This document shows, one piece after another, positions 1 to 11,741 of a DNA stretch of 64,000 nucleotides (within the stretch, counting starts at the first letter, position 1; every line of letters starts with the position of its first letter). A program made the position numbers and the translations under genes. Source of the DNA: Octopus vulgaris (lineage: Eukaryota); NCBI GenBank assembly GCA_951406725.2, contig OX597816.1:60760001-60824000 (forward strand), written 5' to 3'. The notes under the pieces were generated by a model. The model was not told the DNA's origin, searched no databases, and saw nothing but the letters and a program-made list of their open reading frames with translations.

Positions 1-276
1 TGTGTATGCATGCATGCATGGATATGTTTATCCATGTTTGTGTATACCAGAATAAATATGTTGTTGAGATTTTCAGTTCATGGGCAGGAGGTAACTCTAA
101 AGAGATGTAAACCATGTAGTATCAGATTAAGTGATAAGGTTAACATAATTAAATAAACCTTTTAATAGTAGTGCAATGTGTGAGCCTTGTTACAGGACGA
201 CTGGGCCAAGGAAGATGTTAAAAAAATAAACCTGTACCATTCAAAAATTATGTTTTCCTGTTTCTCTTTTAAACAG

Positions 277-476
277 AACCCCTCTGATCCCAGTATACTC
301 TTTTGGAGAGAATGATCTTTTTCTGCAGCTGAGTTTTGAGAAACTACAGTGGCTGAAGTGGCTTCAAGTGAAATTCACAAGATATACTGGTATTGCACCA
401 GTAATCTTCCATGGAAGGGGTATTTTTAACTACACATTTGGAATTGTGCCTTTCCGGAAACCTGTTAATACTGTTG
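277..476 (+). CDS. Penultimate coding exon of a DGAT2/MOGAT-family (2-acylglycerol/diacylglycerol O-acyltransferase) gene
   Basis: Bounded by a pyrimidine tract plus AG (..tttaaacag|) and |GTAA. Reads TPLIPVYSFGENDLFLQ...GIAPVIFHGRGIFNYTFGIVPFRKPVNTV, matching the DGAT2/MOGAT C-terminal motifs (PVYSFGEN, GRG, PFRKP). Not in the ORF track because it is spliced. Confidence 0.93.
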
Positions 477-564
477 GTAATTATTAACCCTCTTCCGCCT
501 CTTTCCTTCATGATAGCCATCACATCTTTTTCCACACACAGTGTATTTAGGCTGCATTATTTAA

Positions 565-760
565 TCAGGCTCCAGTCTGATCTGGCAGTGTTTCTACAGC
601 TGGATGCCCTTCCTAACGCCAACCACTCCATGAGTGTATTGGATGCTTTTTACGTGCCACCAGCACAGAAGCCAGTCAAGGCGGTGCTGGCATCGGCCAC
701 GTTCGGATGGTGCTTTTTACGTGCCACCAGCACTGATACCACAACTACAATTTCCATTTG
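565..760 (-). mobile_element. Fragment of the abundant RTE-type LINE 3' tail / SINE-like repeat (family B)
   Basis: ctggatgcccttcctaacgccaaccactc...ggtgctttttacgtgccacc, also at ~18682, 30896, 37024, 46135, 49208, 56580 and 60600. Confidence 0.75.
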
Positions 761-1032
761 ATACTTATTTTGATATATATATATATATATATATAAAACA
801 GCACTCACCAACATGACCACAGTTAATGTCCTAGACCTGAAAATAAGCAAGTACTACCCTTATAGGTAGCCCTAGAAAGAAACTGTGCATCCACAGATTT
901 AATTTTCAAAATCTGCATTCCAACAACAAGGTTTTGGTTATTAGTACAATTACATACCAGCTATGTGCAAGAGAACACCTGGCATGTAATTGTACATTTG
1001 TTTCCAGGTATTATGTATTGTGTATAAAAAAA

Positions 1033-1114
1033 CATCCTGATGAGGAGAGTGTCAGTTTCGAATATATGAAATGTTTCATATTAATTGGCGCGTCTCCGAA
1101 ACGGCCCATAGATG
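1033..1114 (+). ncRNA. Type I hammerhead-ribozyme-like motif, probably from a Penelope-like element terminal repeat
   Basis: Stem I CATC/GATG, core CTGATGA (1037-1043), long stem II (GGAGA...TCTCC with inner ATATGAAA/TTTCATAT), GAAAC (1098-1102), quasi-palindromic stem III CGGCCC, NUH = ATA. One C-A mismatch in stem III. Confidence 0.7.
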
Positions 1115-1482
1115 AACAATTTTGTAATTTTTGTATTTTTATTTTTTCTATCTTTTCTGTATTTTTTCTGGAATTTTAATACGTCATCTTAATATGTCCT
1201 TTATATGTTTTATTATCCCAAGTTTTTAATTTACCAAATGTTTTATGATTTTAAGCGTAAATTCACTGTGTTTTGTATTGCAACACTGATTCTTATATAT
1301 TTATATATTTTATATGATGTTTATTTATTTGTATATTATTATATTATATTTTTAAACGTCGAACTTTATATCTGTTCTGTAGATATAAATGAATATATGT
1401 ATGTATTTGATCTTTCTGTGTGGATTTTAGTAATGTTCCTTTAGTTACTGCTCGCATTGCTTCCGCTCAGATTAAGAAGTGG

Positions 1483-1720
1483 TATACATATATATATGTA
1501 TGTGTGTGAGTATATGTTTGTGTGTCTGTGTTTGTCCTCCCAACATCACTTGACAACCGATGTCGGAATGTGTTTACGTACCCGTAACTTAGCAGTTCGG
1601 CAAAAGAGTCCGATAGAATAAGTATTAGGCTTACAAAGAATAAGTCCTGGGATCGATTTGTTCGACTAAAGGCGATGCTCCAGCATGGCCACATTCAAAT
1701 CACTGAAACAAGTAAAAGAT
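1483..1720 (+). mobile_element. tRNA-derived SINE family A, 3' half
   Basis: Matches the 3' half of fuller copies at 5730, 17246, 45355 and 55360 (...gtgctccagcatggcc...actgaaacaagtaaaaga). Confidence 0.8.
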
Positions 1721-1837
1721 TATGTTACATTCTGATGTGAAAAGCTGTGAAATGCTGACACTTCAGGTCACCAGATATGTTAATGATTTAAAAAGAACTG
1801 AAATGAATGGAATGAATAGCATTCTACACCATATGAG

Positions 1838-2820
1838 ATGTCATCGGGTGTACCACAGGGATCTGTCCTTGGTCCCCTCTTGTTTGTGGCATACATTAAT
1901 GACATAGATGCAAATTTAAAGAATGCCACAGTATTAAAATATGCAGACGACATCAAGCTGTACCTTGAAATCAAGAGGACAGATCCTGTTGTCTACAGCT
2001 CTTTCCTGCAATCAGACCTGGACACAATGCAGCAATGGATCACAGACTGGCAACTGAAACTGGCTGTGGACAAGTGTACCACCATGCATTTTGGGAGAAA
2101 AACCCTGCGTCCACATACTCCCTCCACAACACTGATATCAAGAAATCCTCTTGCGAGCATGACCTAGGCATCACTGTCAGCAGTGATTTGCGTTGGACAA
2201 AGCATATCTCTAAAATTGTCAAGAAGGCCGAGGGTGTCTTGGCATCACTCAGCAAGACTTTTGTTAGCCGCTCTCCAGCCATCTATTTAAAACTGTATAC
2301 AGCTATGGTACGACCACACTTGGAATTCGCATCATCAGTTTGGAACCCCTATCTTGCTCAGAACATTGACCTCCTGGAATCTGTTCAGAGACGTGCAACC
2401 AAATGCATACCCTCCATCAGACACCTACCATATTCTGAGCGCCTTGTTTCCCTGGGCATGGATTCACTGAAGCTCCGGCGTCTGGCGACGGACTTGGTAA
2501 ACGCCCACAAAGTTGTCAACCACCTCACCAATAACAACACTGAACACCTTTTTGATCTCCATGTGTCTAACACACGTGGACATGCCTACAAAGTCAGAAA
2601 ACAACACAGCTCCCATGACTTTCGGAAACATTTCTTCACACTCAGAGTTGCTGAAGCATGGAATAAACTGCCTGCGTCAGTTGTTGACTGCTATGACACT
2701 GCATCCTTTAAGGCCCTCATGCTTTCCGAAATCCGTCGAAACTACACCTGATTATATATACACTTTCGATGAGTTGTAGTGCACCTGAGCACTGTACACA
2801 ATGTTTATTATTATTATTAT
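1838..2820 (+). mobile_element. 5'-truncated CR1-group LINE (RT C-terminus, 3' UTR, (TAT)n tail)
   Basis: SGVPQGSVLGPLLF, YADD, DLGI, VRPHLEF..VWNPY, LESVQRRATK, TRGH..K, FFT.RV..WNKLP; one frameshift near 2100. Confidence 0.92.
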
Positions 2821-3089
2821 TTTAATATATGTGTATGGAGGAGGGGTAAGAGTGCGAAAAGGGCAAAAGTCTGGAATGTAAGGTAAACAGTGAGGAGTTT
2901 AAGTTAAAAGAGATAAGAGAAGAGAATGGAGTGGGTATTCTAAAATGACTTAGAATACCACATATTTAATAATAAACATGTTGCTGCTTCACTCACAAAC
3001 CTCTTAGACTCACATTACTGTCAAAAATAGCCATTTAGCTGATTGAAAAAGATTTACTTTCCAATCACAATAAACATTGACTTATACAC

Positions 3090-3430
3090 CTCTTTCTTTC
3101 TTCCTTCCTTTCTTTCTTTCTCCTTCCTGTCTCCCATCTATCATTTCTTTCTTTATTTGTCTGTCTCTCTCTTTTCTTTCACTTATATTCACTCTTTTCT
3201 CTCCTTTTACTTTTTCTCTTTCTCTCATCTTTTCATTTTCCTCCGTCCTTCATTCTCTCCTCACTTTTCCTCTTTCTCCTTTCTCTCATCTATTCTTATC
3301 CACTCTCTTCTCTTTCTTATCTCACCCCCTTCTCTCTCTTCACATCCTTCCATTGTCCTCTCCTCATATACTCTATACCTTCTTTCTCTTTCTCTAATAC
3401 ATTCACCCTCTTTTTTTTTTTTTTTTTTTT
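3090..3430. repeat. CT-rich low-complexity tract merging into the polypyrimidine tract of the acyltransferase last exon
   Basis: Almost only C and T on + over ~340 bp, ending in a T run. Confidence 0.85.
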
Positions 3431-3440
3431 CCATTTCAAG

Positions 3441-3595
3441 TTGGAAAACCAATTGAAGTTCCATTGATAGAAAATCCAAGTGAAGAGCAGGTTGAAGAAG
3501 TCCACAAGATTTATCTGAATAGTCTGTATGAACTTTTTGAAGAATATAAGGGCAAATATGGCATTGATGAGATGAGTCACTTGATCTTTGAATAA
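3441..3595 (+). CDS. Last coding exon of the DGAT2/MOGAT-family gene
   Basis: Long pyrimidine tract plus ..ttcaag| acceptor; phase matches the 476 donor (G|TT = Val). Reads VGKPIEVPLIENPSEEQVEEVHKIYLNSLYELFEEYKGKYGIDEMSHLIFE*, the typical family C-terminus; TAA at 3593-3595. Confidence 0.93.
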
Positions 3596-5729
3596 CCTTT
3601 TCACATCTTCAAAATCAGAATTCTTTATATATTTTTCTATTTTTTTCTTTGTTACAATTTCTTGGGTCAGTTATTTTCTTCCATTGTCTGTATAAATTTA
3701 TTTAGCTCTTTGCTGATTCTTCAGTTTAGAATTTCATCATTTTGGTCTTCATCAGTACACAGTGGGAATGAACCCTGAACCATGTGGTTGGTAAGCAAGG
3801 TACTTACCACACGGTTCATAGTTTTAGCAAGATTTTGGATTTGTTTATTCTTTTCTTTTGTTAATCACATTTTTTTCACATTTTATTTATTTGTTCAAGA
3901 AGAATAGAAAATAAGAAAAGATGGTGGGGAATTAAAAATGGTAGGGACACCCTGCCCTTGACAGCCTTATAGAGTCCTGGGTAAAGCAATCCACAAGTAC
4001 CAGAGTGCATGGCCACAGAAAATTGCAGCATTCATTGATTAGCATTGGAGTCATGGGCAGTGACTCAGTGTGTCCATCTCTTAAACTGAATATGTTTAGA
4101 GGGTATGCTAAATGCTTTTCTGTATTTAAGTTCTGAATTCAAATACTGCCAGGGTCAATGTCGCAACCATTCTGTTCGATATTTGAGTAAGACATTTAAC
4201 TCCATGTTTTTATTTATCTACCTGTCAGATAAAAATACCAGATTTGTTTTTCAATGCTATTTACAATAGACAGCATCCTCCCCATGTTAGAATCAAATTA
4301 AAGTCTCATCCGTTTACTGTATTGATTCCAAGCTAAGCATTTACTTTATATATCTCCGTGATTCTTTTATAGGATGTTTCTCTTATATCTAAATTTATAT
4401 AACAGCTTCATGCATGCAATAATTTTGTTTGCATGATAAACAAATGTTGTGTCTTCAACTGTTTTCAAATTGTTTTGTTTTTTTACAAATTCACACCAGA
4501 CCAAAGGGTATGCTAAAATCAGGACTGACTTGATTATGATTAATACAATAAAAGTCTTCAAATTGTAGTTTCAAGCAGGTACAGAGGTTCCAGGGGCTAA
4601 CAGTACCATTCTTTAAACTTGCAGATTCTCTTGTTAAATGATGTATTTTTCATTCCGTGTCTTCTAAAATTTGCTAAATTTGATTTTGAGTAGGTTCAAA
4701 TAGAAATTAGAAAGATGTGCTTCATTTTGTAACTACTTTAACAAAAACTTTTGATGAAATTTGAAACCAATATCACAAGATTTGAATCATTTTTTGAAAT
4801 CTATTGTAAATGAATATTAAAAAAAAGTTAAAATAATGGTAGAACCATTGTATTCTATTTCTGCTGAACTGCTTTCATCAGTGTTAATTTTGTTTTATTA
4901 ATTTGAGTTTTTAATGGAAATGACTTTGAATCTAAGAACAGTGTTCACATTTAAAGAGAACTAATACACCTTTCTATAAGATAATCAAATTAAATTAGAA
5001 GAATTCTCTTTAACTCTGCTTACATATGCAACAAACTTCACAGATAAAATGCAGATTTTACTCATTTTTCCGTATGCATTTATTAAAAGTTTATTGCATT
5101 TTTATCAAAGACTTAATTTAAGATAATTCAACATTTGTGAATATCAATTAAAGTTGTTAAAAGAATTTAATTTGCAAATACAAAAAAATTATATTTTTAT
5201 ATAACAAGAAATTGACTACTGTAAAAACCCATGTAATTTGTGCACCTGTGTAATTTACGCAGATGATTTTCAGAATAAAATTTGTTAAAAAAAGGCTTCT
5301 ACTCATGTAAAATTTGCACCTAAAAGTTTTCAGAATCACTGATATAGCCAATTTAGTTGTATTTAGCATAATTCCACCTATGATTAGATTTTATTAAATT
5401 TTCATTAAATAATAATAATTTCTGTTTAACAAGTGTCACATTGAAAACTATTAAATTACAAAGTGTTTGTGTTGTTTATCATAAACTTTATTTTACATTT
5501 CTTGCCCACAAGAGATTATGTCTGATCTTTATGTCTGTGCCTCTTCTCAAATCATGATCACAGGAAAAGTTGTTAATAAGAAATACTAACAAAAACAAAG
5601 CTGATAAATACACACAGGTATTGAAAATTAAGTTTAATTACCAATAAACACCAGCTTGGATGACACTTTACTCAACCGACAGAGGAAGGTGACCAATCAA
5701 ACTGATTATGCAAACAGAGTTTACATATA

Positions 5730-6088
5730 GGTGCAGGAGTGGCTGTGTGATAAGTACCTTGCTTACCAACCACATGGTTCAGGGTTCATTCCCACTGTGT
5801 GGCACCTTGGGCAAGTGTCTTCTACCTCAGGCCGGCCAAAGCCTTGTGAGTGGATTTGGTAGACGGAAACTGAAAGAAGCCCATCGTATATATGTATGTG
5901 TGTGTGTCTGTGTTTGTCCCCCCAACATCGCTGGTGTGTTTACGTTCCCGTAACTTAGTGGTTCGGCAAAAGAGACCGATATAATAAGTACTAGGCTTCC
6001 AAGGACTAAGTCCTGGGGTCAATTTGCTCGACTAAAGGCGGTGCTCCAGGATGGCCACAGTCAAATGACTGAAACGAGTAAAAGAGAG
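5730..6088 (+). mobile_element. tRNA-derived SINE family A, near complete
   Basis: Pol III A-box-like TGGCTGTGTG, B-box-like GGTTCATTCCC, CORE-like CACCTTGGGCAAGTG, internal (TA/TG)n, conserved tail. Confidence 0.85.
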
Positions 6089-8399
6089 TTCTTTTTCCGT
6101 TTATTCTTGTTGGAACCTTTCATATGGAGTATCAAAATTTTAATCCCTTTCACACTTATAAAATGTCAAGCAAACTTTAAAATTTGTCATTACTGTTATT
6201 TTCAGTATGAGCAGAACTTATGAATCATTTACTGTGAAGGAGAAATTAAAGATATGCTTTATAGTGGTAGCTAGAAACTCCAAGCAATGTAAAATATGGC
6301 CTGGACTGTGTTTACCAGCATAAACGTCAGACTTCAAAAATTAGTTAATGATTTTAGTAAATATATACAGTAAAAGTAACCATTATACCGTCCAGCATAA
6401 ATAAAAGTCAAGTTTATTATGTGTATTTAAGCCATTATTTTTTCTGCAAAGACCTATTCTGACATTAAATGAGTCAACTTCCGGTACAAATTTTTACATT
6501 TTGTACATCTTTTTTCCACAAAAAAATTTCAAAAAAAAATCCTTGAAACAATCTACTCATGTAATTTACACACCCACTAAAGTATATTTTTATTTTTGCA
6601 AAAAAAATGCATAAATTATGCTTGCAATTTTATGGTTATTTTAAATTTGTATGTTATTGTATTGTCCAGTTTGCCTGGTAACCTAATTATATTTCCGTTT
6701 TAACTATTTCAAGTCCACATTTACTGGAACTGTTACAAAACTTTATTTTTATTGAATTGATTATTTCATGATCATTGTAGCACTAATATTTCCATTTAGT
6801 TATTGTATATGTTTCACTGTGAATAATTTCATCTTTCCAAGATTATATTTCAGAGCAGTGTTACTATTGTTTTCACTAGCTCATTTCACAATGGACCCAG
6901 TTGTTCACATATATAAAATTACAGGGCTTCCAGAACTCAGTTCCCCTGAGATGGGTAGATCTTCTCAAGAGCTGCATAACACCAATCATTTGTTACCTTC
7001 TCCATGAAGTCCAAGGTCATGAGATCAGTCTTCACTACTTAATCCTGTCTTAATCCCTCTCTTCCACAAGCTCCATTGATATTTAGTGATTCACACTTCT
7101 TTTTACAGTTTTTCTCATCTATATGCATCACATGTCCATACAAGCACAGTCTTCCTTCTTACACACATTCTTATGCTTAGTTTTTTCTCTCCACACATTT
7201 CTACTATGTCTTTCTTGCACACTTAAATTGCATATTCAGTGGAACATGATTTTCTTTATTTCTTTTCAATTTTCTCAAATTCTCTGCATTCAAATTCTCT
7301 CAAATTCTCTGCATTCAAATTCAAATTCTCATTCAAATTCTCTCAAATTCTCTGCATTCAAGGTCCATGTCATACTACCATGTAGCATTTCAGTCGTAAC
7401 ACAAGCATCATGCATTTATAATCATTTTATTGTCACCAGTTACAAAAAGGAAAGATACATATTGATCAAAAGTAATGAAATATATTTTACAAAGTTGAAA
7501 TAATGTCTGAATGAGGACTTGATTTCAAAGAAATAGAAAGTACCAGTACTTTGTGAATAATGTATATGTTTGAAATTTTATTCTTTAGAATTTTCATGGA
7601 GTGTGGGTAAGCTTATATTTGTTTCTCTGTTATACACATTTGAAAATTCCTTGTAACTGGGGATGTTATGTATCTAGATTTAACACAGAATAGGCCGTTG
7701 TATATATGCCGAGCATCACAACAGAGTCCAAAATTAGAATCTGGATATGAATCCAAGATGATGATTAATGAACTGAAATCTGAAACTGATCCAGATTGAT
7801 CAAATATCTATTCCTGATTGGTGACCTGAAGCCAAACTCGATCCAGTGTCTCTTTCTGGTTGGTGGAGAATGGATGAAGACTGATCCTGATGATCTCATA
7901 ACTATTCATGATTAGTGGCGTGCCTGTATATCATGAAGTATGAATATTGTGAACTGAGAACTCAAAAGTTAGAAGAGAGTATTTGGATTATTGGCGAAAA
8001 GATTTAGAAATGGGACCAATGACCATTTAATTAGGGCCTAAAGTCAATAAATCTTGTAAAAATAATTAATATAAAACATGTTTTCATATAATTTTCTTTT
8101 ATTTGTCTGAGAAATAAAAATCTAATACATGTTCTAAAGACATTATTAAACAAGAAACAAATTTTTTATTTCACAAATATCTTTGACCCATGAATATAAA
8201 GTATTTAAACTTTACTGGAACACATTTACCAGACAATAAAAACACACAATATATGCACATATATAATTTTACTATCGTGGATTACCTGGAAATAAGTCTG
8301 TATAAAAATATAAATATTCTATACTTCATTTAATAATTCTGAAAAAAATATATTGTGCACTGGTACCATATATCAGCTAAGTTTGAATACACACACACA

Positions 8400-8580
8400 C
8401 ATTGAGGAGGGAACCAGGCTGCTGGAGTTCTGTGATGCAAATGATCTTATGGTTTGTAATACTAACCTCAGGAAACCTGCCTGTGATTTTTTCACCTACC
8501 AATCTGGTGAACACACTAGTCAAATTGATTACATCCTTGCCAGGAAATGGGAGAGATGGCTACTTATAAATGCCAAAGAC
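8400..8580 (+). mobile_element. LINE endonuclease fragment, same family as the 30.9-34.7 kb element
   Basis: EEGTRLLEFCDANDLMVCNTN..K...TYQSG...SQIDYIL, near-identical to ORF 33752-34045. Confidence 0.8.
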
Positions 8581-9273
8581 CTGCTTTGAGTGTTCGTTTC
8601 GGAGAATCCTCTGCTTTTTTCCATGATCTTCTTCGTTTCACATTATTGTAAACCACTTTTCATCTCCAGTAACAATTCTTCTCAAAAAGGGTTTGTTGTT
8701 TTCCCTTTTCAGTAATGAATAGCAAATGGAAACCCTCTGGACAAGATTTGCTTCTGTCAATTTATGGGGAACCCAGACATCAAGTTTAGAAATGTAACCA
8801 AGTTTATGCAATTCATTTTCCATATGTTAAGAATATCTGTCTGGTCATAAGACTGCAGTCTTGTTTGACTACAGCTCTCAGTTGATCAATGTCAATTTCT
8901 TTTCGCCAGCCAGAGCGAGGTGCATCTCTTACTGAAAAATTCCCTGATCGAAATTGAGCAAACCATTTCTGGCACACCCATTCTGAAACAGCATTCTCTC
9001 CATACACATTGCATAACTTTTGGCAAGTTTCTGTTGCTTTCTTTCCTTTTCTGAAGTAAAAAAGCATAAGATGCCGATAGTGCTCCACCCGGTCTTCCAT
9101 GTCTAGGCCCAAATGCAATCTCTCTCCTTTGAAGCTTGTTACACACTGATGTAACCTTGGTCGTTATACCGAATACAGTTTCTAAAGAAAAAGAATATCG
9201 GAACAGTGATTAGAAGACCGGACAGTTGATACTAAAAAAAAAAAAACGAACGGACTTTTTGGCCAACTCAATA
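8580..9273 (-). mobile_element. Truncated mariner (Tc1/mariner) transposon: 5' TIR and N-terminal half of transposase, frameshifted
   Basis: TA + TTGAGTTGGCCAAAAAGTCCGTTCG TIR at 9273. HTH region HYRHLMLFYFRKG...WFAQFRSG...DAPRSG, then WVPHKL and TGDEKW (first catalytic Asp). Confidence 0.92.
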
Positions 9274-10153
9274 TTTTGTTCAAACTTGATCCCAGCATTA
9301 CTTAGAACTCGTGGGATCTTTGAATGCTTTAAGTTCTCCAAAAACGAAAAAAAAAAGAAAAACAATTGATGAGTGGAAAAAATCGATAAACCGATTCTTT
9401 ATAGGATTTCCCAATCAAATTGTCTGCAAAATTTCAGCCAAAAGTTTACCAATTTCAATGGATTTCATTCAAATTTGACATCGATATTACTTAGTTTGCT
9501 TTGAAATAAAGAGCTTGATTAGCATAATAATACCAACTTAATCCCGAGCAAAGCCGCACTAAACTTGCTTGGTGAGGAGGGTGTTTATTGGACACCCTGA
9601 TGGATGAAAAACAAAACCTGTCAAAGGGCGGAGGACCTCTTGAGAGTCAACAGCCATCCAATAAATGTTAGCACGGGTACGCAGAAATTCCGGGATGGTG
9701 TCCAGCATGCTGAAAGACCACTGGGAGTGAGGCGCCCCTCAGCTTTTGTTAAAGCATGTCTCCAGAAGAAGGTCACTTTGATATAAAACCAGACATGCAG
9801 GGAATGGCACTGGACATTTTGGGATCTCATATTGGCACCAGACATCTTGCTCTGGCTTGTCTCTGGATAATGTCAATAAAGTGGAGAGGGTCTATGAGGT
9901 GTTGTGCAAGCCTTATTGGACCTAAAACTCTGCACAGGCATTGCCGACCTCTGCTCGATTCCTGAAGGTCAGCAATGGTCTTCCTCGGTCACGAGTGGAT
10001 GGCCATCACATCATATATATATATATATGTATGTATCAATAATAAAGGGCAAAATTAATCAATCAATTAATAATTAATAATTTTACCAAGTAGTTCAGTA
10101 TGTTAAAAGAGCCATTATCAGTAACCTTATACAAAAATTCTATAATTATAAGC

Positions 10154-10488
10154 ATAATTATAATTAGGGTTCAGCAAAAATTGCTTCACCACATACTGAA
10201 ATTTAGAAATAGCAGTTAAATACTATTACATTACCATAAGATATCTCCCAGACAGTTATACTCTCAACTCACGCAAGTAAAAAGAAAAAATAATGAATCC
10301 ACCAGGCTTTGATTAACTATATACGCGCTTCTGGGTTAAAGAGATGGTGGAGTCGTTATTTTTTCTCTTTACCTGCGTGAGTTGAGAGTATTACTGTCTG
10401 GGAGATATCTTATGGTAGTGGAATAGCATTTAACTGCTATTTCGGTATGTGGTGAAGCAATTTTTGCTGAACCCTAATTATAATTATA
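10154..10488. repeat. Inverted repeat, ~150-bp arms with ~40-bp spacer
   Basis: ataattataattagggttcagcaaaaattgcttcaccacatac... versus ...gtatgtggtgaagcaatttttgctgaaccctaattataattat; inner ends ...aatccacca / tggtggagt... Confidence 0.9.
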
Positions 10489-10904
10489 AAATTTTTATAT
10501 ATGTATGTAAGTAGACATGGAGCATGATCCCATCAAACTATCCATCCCATGCCAGCATGGAAAATGAACATTCAATGATGATGATGATGATAATGTATGT
10601 GTGTGTGGGTCCTTCAACTTTTTTCTTCGCTTTCTGCACAGTGGGTACATCTAGTAAATTATAAAAACCATATAAATATATTTCTTAAACCATACAAATG
10701 TTGAAATTGTAAAAACCATATAAATTATAAAAACTATATAAATTTACTATATAAATTGTAAAACCCATATACATATATTTATAAACCATATAAATATATT
10801 TTGATTAGATATGTGTTATTTCATCTTTTTGTGAAACTCAGTCTTCTGCTTAGTGAGTTTGTAATGACCATAAATTTTTTATGCGAATTGCCCACCTTTT
10901 CATT

Positions 10905-10963
10905 TCAGTTTTCCACATGGGTTTCAACAGACCAGTTATTAAGGTTTTGTCCATACCATTCAA
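10905..10963 (-). CDS. TGDS: TGDS-like dTDP/NDP-glucose 4,6-dehydratase, last coding exon
   Basis: ttcttttgcag| acceptor, phase fits the 17009 donor. Reads (I)EWYGQNLNNWSVETHVEN*, matching the family C-terminal T.EWY..N...W. Confidence 0.85.
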
Positions 10964-11039
10964 CTGCAAAAGAAGAATTATAAATATTCAATTTCAACAG
11001 TAAACTATATCATATTACATTGGAAAATATATATTTATA

Positions 11040-11525
11040 TTTCTAAAATTGTAATTTCAAAAAAACAAAAATTATCTGTCCTTTAGAAAATCAGTTTTTA
11101 AAGAAGAATATACAGTGTATCAATGTAAGGTCAAAACAGGGGATCAAATGTATTATTACATGGGTCAGTCTGCTACAATTTGTAAATCTAGATTATATAA
11201 TCATTTTCATTCATTTAAGTATAGAAGAAAATGTAATTCTATGAATCTTAGTAAATGCATTTGGAATTTAAAAAACAGGAACATGCTGGCTGAAGCTTTG
11301 TAATTGCATTTGGTAGGCAGAAGTTACTGCCGTGTGTGTACATGTGTGTGTAGGTGCTTGTGCCTCTCCAAGAGAGAGAGAGGGGGATTATTAGTTATGC
11401 ACCATCATACAATACTGGTAATTTTAAATGCGATTTTTACTTTGAAGAAATATATTATACAATTACTTCTAAACTGGTATTATTAAATTGTAAAAGTACA
11501 TTTACACTGAAATGCTCTCATAAGT
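11040..11525 (+). mobile_element. Penelope-like element remnant (GIY-YIG endonuclease), interrupted by the Gypsy element and resuming at ~15741-15850
   Basis: CPLE...YQCKVKT...YYYMGQS...KSRLYNHFHSFK...NS.NLSKCIWNLK...APSYNTG..KC...LN.......KCSHK; reads on as HKYRRTF after the insertion. Confidence 0.75.
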
Positions 11526-11741
11526 TGTTATATCGCATGTTTGGATGGTGTGCCTTCGCCAGTAACTTACCTCTACTCAACTACCAAACTCTCACTTCCA
11601 ATGACTTGACTCAACAGAACTCGACACCTAGTCTATTCACGGCTACGGCTCGCTCTCTTGACACTCCCCAACTAGCTATTACGTCCACTATTTATACATA
11701 TTGGACTAGCCTACTTATCATCTGGGGGTGTCCACACAAAA
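11526..11741 (-). repeat. 3' LTR of the Gypsy element; polypurine tract adjacent at ~11742-11755
   Basis: Direct repeat of 15519-15735. AAAAGGGGGAAGTT on the - strand lies immediately inside the LTR. Confidence 0.9.

Noticed and set aside
3043-3479. F/S/L-rich and E/R/K-rich ORFs
   Set aside because: Translations of a CT-rich low-complexity intron tract.
4590-4625. KEWYC* on the - strand as a candidate last TGDS exon
   Set aside because: No convincing acceptor and an immediate stop; 10905-10963 fits phase, splice signal and motif much better.
5730-5810. tRNA genes at SINE heads
   Set aside because: A/B boxes are present but continue into SINE core and tail in multiple diverged copies, with no intact cloverleaf.
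7737-7800. Possible box C/D snoRNA (ATGATGA, CTGA, flanking AATCTGGA/TCCAGATT)
   Set aside because: Box C is too far from the stem, the C-D distance is too short, and it is not in an identified intron.
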